From a virus (taxonomy: Duplodnaviria; Caudoviricetes): a stretch of DNA of 47,150 bases. The position numbers and the translations under genes are program-made. The notes beneath the pieces were generated by a model. It was given only the letters and a program-made list of their open reading frames with translations. It ran no database searches and was not told the origin of the DNA. The stretch lies in IMG/VR virus record IMGVR_UViG_3300012988_000020, positions 1 to 47,150 of that record, one strand, 5' to 3'. The number at the start of each line of letters is the position of its first letter. Position 1 is the stretch's first letter. Of the stretch, positions 42,498 through 47,150 are shown one piece after another.

Positions 42498-43013
42498 ATG
42501 CTCGACATTATGCTACAACCGCTCGATGACGAACCTGTCATCAAGCTCTCTTTCGAGCATTCCCTGCTCTCTTTGTCAAAATGGGAAGCGATTCATAGGA
42601 AACCGTTCTTCGGTCGAGAGCCTAAAACACCGGAAGAGACGGTGTCGTACATTGAACAGATGGTTCTCAATGACAATCCTCCCGAAAACTTTGTCGATCG
42701 TCTTAGTGTAGAAGACATCAACACGATCGCCGAGTACATTAACAGCGATCAAACGGCAACCACGTTTGGACCTGAACCCCAGCAGCGAGGATCCTCGGAG
42801 GTCATCACCAACGAGTTGATCTACTACTGGTTGATTCAGTTTAACATCCCATTTCATCCGGTAGAGACTTGGCATCTGAATCGCCTCATGGTCTTGGTTA
42901 AGGTCGTGGGTATTAAGCAGTCTAAGCCGAAGAAGATGAGCAAGCAGGAGCTTGCGGAGAAGTACCGGTCCCTTAACGAGCAGCGCCGACAGCAGTCCGG
43001 AAGCGCCGGATGA
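42498..43013 (+). CDS. tail assembly chaperone
   Basis: follows major tail; EHSLLSLSKWE, ELIYYW, WHLNRL. Confidence 0.65.
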   Translation: MLDIMLQPLDDEPVIKLSFEHSLLSLSKWEAIHRKPFFGREPKTPEETVSYIEQMVLNDNPPENFVDRLSVEDINTIAEYINSDQTATTFGPEPQQRGSSEVITNELIYYWLIQFNIPFHPVETWHLNRLMVLVKVVGIKQSKPKKMSKQELAEKYRSLNEQRRQQSGSAG

Positions 43014-43026
43014 GAAAGGGTAATCC

Positions 43027-45039
43027 ATGCCACGTATGACTTGGAGCGCCCCAGAAGGGCGTTTCTTTGACGCAGGTCTCGACCGAGGAGTGCTTTATCC
43101 TAAGAAGACGCCTCCTCTGGGCCACGTCGTCGCAACCAATCTTTTGCCGTTTGGTTCCTTCGAGAAGCCGGGCGTCCTAACGACTGTCGAGCGGAATGAA
43201 CTCTGGAATCCGTCTGGAGCGGTAGCTGGAGGCTGGGTCGCGGTCAATGGAACCAACCATGTTATGTCGACGGACACTACTGTCTTTCATTCTAGAGGCT
43301 CTAGTCGAAAGTCTACGGTTCAGGCTGCCGGCGCCGGTGTCGTTGATCTGGCGTCCATCAACGCGGTCGGTCAGCTTTCGTCCGCGGGTGCTAGCCGAAC
43401 TGCTGTAGCCGCTGGTCAGATCGTTAGTGCGGGGTTGATGATTCGTCCGAGCCGAGCCTCTGCTAAGGGGAAAGTTGGGCTTGTCTTCTACAACGCGTCT
43501 TCTGTTCAGGTGGGCGCTATTCTGTATGGAAGCGACACGACCCTTACTTCGACTGGTTGGACTTGGGTTAAAATCTCCAACAAGACTGTTCCCGCCACGG
43601 CCACGCAAGTAGAGGTTATTTCGAGCGCCTTCCTCTCTACTGGCACAGCCGCTGCCGGCGATGCGGTTTGGTTTGATTCGGCCGTAGTGCAGTTCGAAGA
43701 GGACGTTCTAGATCCTTTTGATGGCTCGACCGCGGCTTCTGGAGAGTTCGTTTACGAGTGGGCTGGGGGTGTGGATGGTTCCGCTTCGCTTCGTCGAGCG
43801 ATTCTTCTCTCGCCGACCGGACTAGCTAATGGTGCTGTAGGCATTATTTCTACTGACTGGGCCCAAAGCGGGACGAAGTCTCTTCGGATTTATTCTAAGA
43901 AGGTAGCTACGGGTGGTGCGACCATCAACCTCAAGGATTATGTCACTTGGGGGAAGCAATACACCATCACGGCCACCGTTCGAAAGAGTCCTGCGCTCAG
44001 TGTCGCGGCAAAGATCGAGGTCTCGACGGTAAACAACACGCCCAATATGACTCCGGCTTCGGTGTCTAGCACTCTTATTTCTGGCGTGGAAACCCTGTCG
44101 CTAACCTTCTCGCTTCCTCCGAAGAACGGTGCATCAGCGGCCATTCAATTGTTCCTCAAGAACAACAACTCCTATGGTACAAACGTGTGGTTCGATAACA
44201 TCATCATTACTGAGGGACCTGAGGTATACCCATATTTCGATGGTAACACGCCAGACGACGATCTTTACGATTACGCTTGGGTCGGCACGGCTTTGGATTC
44301 CGTGTCAGAAAAGCGCGAAAAGGTCTCATTGGCTGTTCCGTGGGTTGGGTTGACCGGCGTTGAGGAGAAAGGCGGCGATGGTGCTGCGGCATATTACATC
44401 GACGGTCGACCTTTCTTGTTCCTTCCTAAGCCGAAGGAGTATTCGGCAACGTTGAAGGCCTACACATATCCTGATGCGTTTGCAGAGATCATGGGCGTTA
44501 CTGAGATTGCCGATGGCATGTATCTGGATTCCCAGCCAGGCGCCGTTTTCGACCTTGCATACCGAACTAAGGTAGGTAACGCGACCAACGGAATAGATTT
44601 CGGCTACAAGATCCATCTTGTTTACAACGCTGTGGTCACGCCTCAGAGCTTGTCGTATGACACGCTGGGCGCAAGCATCAATCCGGTTGAGTTCTCGTGG
44701 GATATTCAAGCGGTCCCGGTGAAGGTTGAGGGTTTCCGCCCTACAGCCCACATCATTATCGATACACGCCACATGGCGCAAGCGAGAATTGATGACATCG
44801 AGGCTCTTCTCTACGGTTCTGATAGCTCTCTCCCAGCAATGCCTACGCCTCAGACCATTTTCGACATGCTCAGCTATGGCGACACCATTATCGTCACAGA
44901 CATGGGCGATGGTAATTTCTCTGTCGAAGGAGCTTACGAGAATGTGTACCTCGTCGAGCCCGGCGTCTTCCGAGTCGACAACGTGGACGGCGAAAACTAC
45001 GCCGACGGCACGTTCCGCATCAGCAGCACGAACGTCTAG
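43027..45039 (+). CDS. tail-tube paralogue with ~410-aa carbohydrate-binding-like insertion (minor tail protein)
   Basis: N-terminus and residues from 44335 on align with the major tail protein (GVLY, W.GLT.V.E, AYTYPD.F, GYKIHL.Y, FSW). Confidence 0.8.
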   Translation: MPRMTWSAPEGRFFDAGLDRGVLYPKKTPPLGHVVATNLLPFGSFEKPGVLTTVERNELWNPSGAVAGGWVAVNGTNHVMSTDTTVFHSRGSSRKSTVQAAGAGVVDLASINAVGQLSSAGASRTAVAAGQIVSAGLMIRPSRASAKGKVGLVFYNASSVQVGAILYGSDTTLTSTGWTWVKISNKTVPATATQVEVISSAFLSTGTAAAGDAVWFDSAVVQFEEDVLDPFDGSTAASGEFVYEWAGGVDGSASLRRAILLSPTGLANGAVGIISTDWAQSGTKSLRIYSKKVATGGATINLKDYVTWGKQYTITATVRKSPALSVAAKIEVSTVNNTPNMTPASVSSTLISGVETLSLTFSLPPKNGASAAIQLFLKNNNSYGTNVWFDNIIITEGPEVYPYFDGNTPDDDLYDYAWVGTALDSVSEKREKVSLAVPWVGLTGVEEKGGDGAAAYYIDGRPFLFLPKPKEYSATLKAYTYPDAFAEIMGVTEIADGMYLDSQPGAVFDLAYRTKVGNATNGIDFGYKIHLVYNAVVTPQSLSYDTLGASINPVEFSWDIQAVPVKVEGFRPTAHIIIDTRHMAQARIDDIEALLYGSDSSLPAMPTPQTIFDMLSYGDTIIVTDMGDGNFSVEGAYENVYLVEPGVFRVDNVDGENYADGTFRISSTNV

Positions 45040-45051
45040 AAAGGAGGCGAT

Positions 45052-45717
45052 GTGGCTACAGTAATTGGCGCGACTGCCGCGCGGGTTGACGCCGTAGAGG
45101 ACAACTCAATCGTCGGCGCTAGCATCGTAGGTAATGATCTTGTTTTCTCAAAGGGCGACGGTGTAACGACAATCAACGCTGGTCGAGTCATCCCTCCTCT
45201 TTATTTCAGCTGGCCCGTAGGCACCATTTTCATGAACACGAGTGCTACTAACCCTGCCTCTCTTTTGGGTGGCGGCACCTGGGTTCGATGGGGCAAGGGT
45301 CGGATGCCGATCTCTCTGGACGAAGCAAATGCTCGATGGGATGTGGCGGAAGACACTGGCGGAGCTGATACGGTCACTTTGGCTATTGCGCAGATTCCTA
45401 GCCACGCCCATGGCGGTGGGACAACTGGTCAATCGGCGGACCACTCTCACGGCGGCTACACCGATTCTCAGGGCTCTCACCAGCACGGTTATCAGTACCC
45501 GAACGATGCCGCTGGTGCAGCCGCAGGTAGCATGAACTATTGGCGGCCTTACCGAACCGCCGGAGCAACCGATTGGGGCGGTGCGCACACCCACAACATT
45601 GCTACGTATGGCGCGAGCAACGACCACAGTCACGGCGTCTACGCCGAAGGTGGCGGTGGGGCGCACGAGAACATGCCCCCCTTCATCGCTGTTTACATGT
45701 GGAAGCGAACTGCCTGA
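45052..45717 (+). CDS. tail fibre/baseplate protein with collar-like domain and HxH repeats
   Basis: WPVGTIFM..NPASLLGGGTW; IPSHAH, DHSH, HQH, HTH, HSH; HENMPPFIAVYMWKRTA. Confidence 0.75.
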   Translation: MATVIGATAARVDAVEDNSIVGASIVGNDLVFSKGDGVTTINAGRVIPPLYFSWPVGTIFMNTSATNPASLLGGGTWVRWGKGRMPISLDEANARWDVAEDTGGADTVTLAIAQIPSHAHGGGTTGQSADHSHGGYTDSQGSHQHGYQYPNDAAGAAAGSMNYWRPYRTAGATDWGGAHTHNIATYGASNDHSHGVYAEGGGGAHENMPPFIAVYMWKRTA

Positions 45718-45735
45718 CTTCTGAAAGGAGCGATC

Positions 45736-46113
45736 GTGATTAAAATTACGACCCAAGGGTCGACTAAGAACACACAGTCGTTCCTCAGGAGCATGCGAAG
45801 CATGGATATTCGGACGTTCTGTGAGGCGGCTGGCGCACGTGGTGTCGCCGCTCTTCGCAGTTCAACGCCTGTCGACTCGGGCCTCACGGCTGCTTCTTGG
45901 AGCTATGAGGTCCGAGTCGAAGGTGATAAGACCATTATATCCTGGATCAACACGCATAACGAAAGCGGAGTCAACATTGCTGTGATTCTTCAATACGGAC
46001 ACGGTACTGGGACAGGCGGCTGGGTCGCCGGACGAGATTACATCAACCCCGCGATCAAGCCTATATTTGACTCGATTGCCAACGACGTGTGGAAGAAGGT
46101 GACAACCTCATGA
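45736..46113 (+). CDS. HK97 gp10-like neck/tail completion protein
   Basis: TPVDSGLTAASW..ILQYGHGT..YINPA. Confidence 0.75.
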   Translation: MIKITTQGSTKNTQSFLRSMRSMDIRTFCEAAGARGVAALRSSTPVDSGLTAASWSYEVRVEGDKTIISWINTHNESGVNIAVILQYGHGTGTGGWVAGRDYINPAIKPIFDSIANDVWKKVTTS

Positions 46114-47150
46114 GCAGTGTCGACGATCGCATCGTCAACATGGAGTTTAACAACAAACAGTTCACGCAGGGCGTCACCCAGACCGAGCGTGACCTGACTT
46201 CGCTGGAAAAGACTCTTGCCCGCACGGGTAAGTCCGAAGGCTTGAGTAAGATGGGCGGGGCTGCACAGCAGGTCACCGCCAAGTTCTCAGCCCTTCAGGT
46301 CGCCGGCGTTGCTGCGATTGCCACCATTGCCAGCAAGGCAACGATGATGGCCGGCAACTTCCTTAAAAGCTTCACTCTCGCACCTCTCATGCAGGGATTC
46401 GACGAGTACAACACTAACCTGCAGTCGATTCAGACTGTTATGGCAAACACTGGCGCTAGCGTCAATGTGGTCAATGGTTACATGTCGCAGCTTAACCAGT
46501 ACTCCGACAAGACTATCTACAACTTCTCGGAGATGGCCCGCAACATCGGCACGTTTACCGCAGCTGGTGTTGGGTTGAAGGATGCTGTGTCATCTATTCA
46601 GGGTATCTCCAACATGGCCGCCCTGTCCGGTTCTACGTCTCAGCAGGCGTCGTCTGCTATGTACCAGCTGTCGCAGGCTATTGCGGCCGGCCGAGTGAGT
46701 CTTCAGGACTGGAACTCGGTGGTTAACGCTGGTATGGGTGGTAAGAACCTCCAGAAGGCCTTGATTACCACTGGTATGGCGATGGGGCAGATCAACGAGA
46801 AGGTCGACCTCGGCGCGAAGAACATCAAGATCGCCGGTAAGTCCTTCCGTGAGTCTATCTCAACGGCTGGTGGCGGTTCGTCGTGGTTGACGTCCGATGT
46901 TCTGGTGAAGACCTTCGCTCTGATGGACGGTCGACTTTCTCAGGCCTCCATCAAGGCTGACCATCTTGGCTGGTCTCAGAAGCGAGTCACCAAAGCAATC
47001 GAGGAGCAGCAGGAAGCTCTTAAGAAACAGGGCTACAGCGACGCTCAGATCAAAGAGATCACCGACATGGCCGATCGGGCTTATGAGTCCGCCACGGTCG
47101 TCAAGACTCTTCCGCAGCTGCTTGGTGTGGTCAAGGAGTCTCTGGGTTCG
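46110..47150 (+). CDS. tape measure protein (5' part, runs off window)
   Basis: MSSVDDRIVNMEFNNKQF; LNQYSDKTIYNF; AMYQLSQA..LQDWNSVVNAGMGG tape-measure domain. Confidence 0.9.
   Translation, partial: MSSVDDRIVNMEFNNKQFTQGVTQTERDLTSLEKTLARTGKSEGLSKMGGAAQQVTAKFSALQVAGVAAIATIASKATMMAGNFLKSFTLAPLMQGFDEYNTNLQSIQTVMANTGASVNVVNGYMSQLNQYSDKTIYNFSEMARNIGTFTAAGVGLKDAVSSIQGISNMAALSGSTSQQASSAMYQLSQAIAAGRVSLQDWNSVVNAGMGGKNLQKALITTGMAMGQINEKVDLGAKNIKIAGKSFRESISTAGGGSSWLTSDVLVKTFALMDGRLSQASIKADHLGWSQKRVTKAIEEQQEALKKQGYSDAQIKEITDMADRAYESATVVKTLPQLLGVVKESLGS

Noticed and set aside
42498-43030. Programmed frameshift in the tail assembly chaperone
   Set aside because: No convincing slippery heptamer with a downstream overlapping frame. 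The next gene has its own RBS and a tube-like N-terminus.

Overview
The window is about 47 kb of a tailed dsDNA phage (siphovirus-type, moderately high GC, probably an actinobacterial host). All credible genes lie on the + strand. It appears to cross the genome end (candidate cos near 20.4 kb). Left part (1-20.3 kb): many small accessory genes (ThyX, Nudix, three NUMOD4-HNH genes, HTH and Zn-finger proteins), an AT-rich origin-like gap, two arrays of single-gene cassettes each framed by a conserved TCGCG-N4-AAAC-N6-TGTAATGA promoter-like motif and a hairpin, then VRR-NUC, a PD-(D/E)XK nuclease and a 945-aa protein. That protein carries the motif set of single-subunit two-barrel (YonO/QDE-1-like) RNA polymerases. 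Right part (20.5-47.1 kb): lysis, packaging and virion genes (TerS-like, HNH, amidases, TerL, portal, protease-scaffold-capsid polyprotein, tail genes, start of tape measure). The main candidate new system is an inferred capsid-cargo pathway. The RNA polymerase and six genes just before TerL share an acidic N-terminal leader ending in (F/Y)LAH(Y/F)G. The head polyprotein has matching x-x-H sites at its domain junctions. One of the six genes carries a papain-fold toxin domain and is followed by a likely immunity gene. Together this suggests proteins addressed to the prohead, matured at His by the prohead protease and injected. Also notable are two catalytically degenerate prohead-protease paralogues and short terminase-, portal- and PolA-like peptides among the early genes, which may be immune decoys. 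All calls come from reading motifs by eye; no database search was run.
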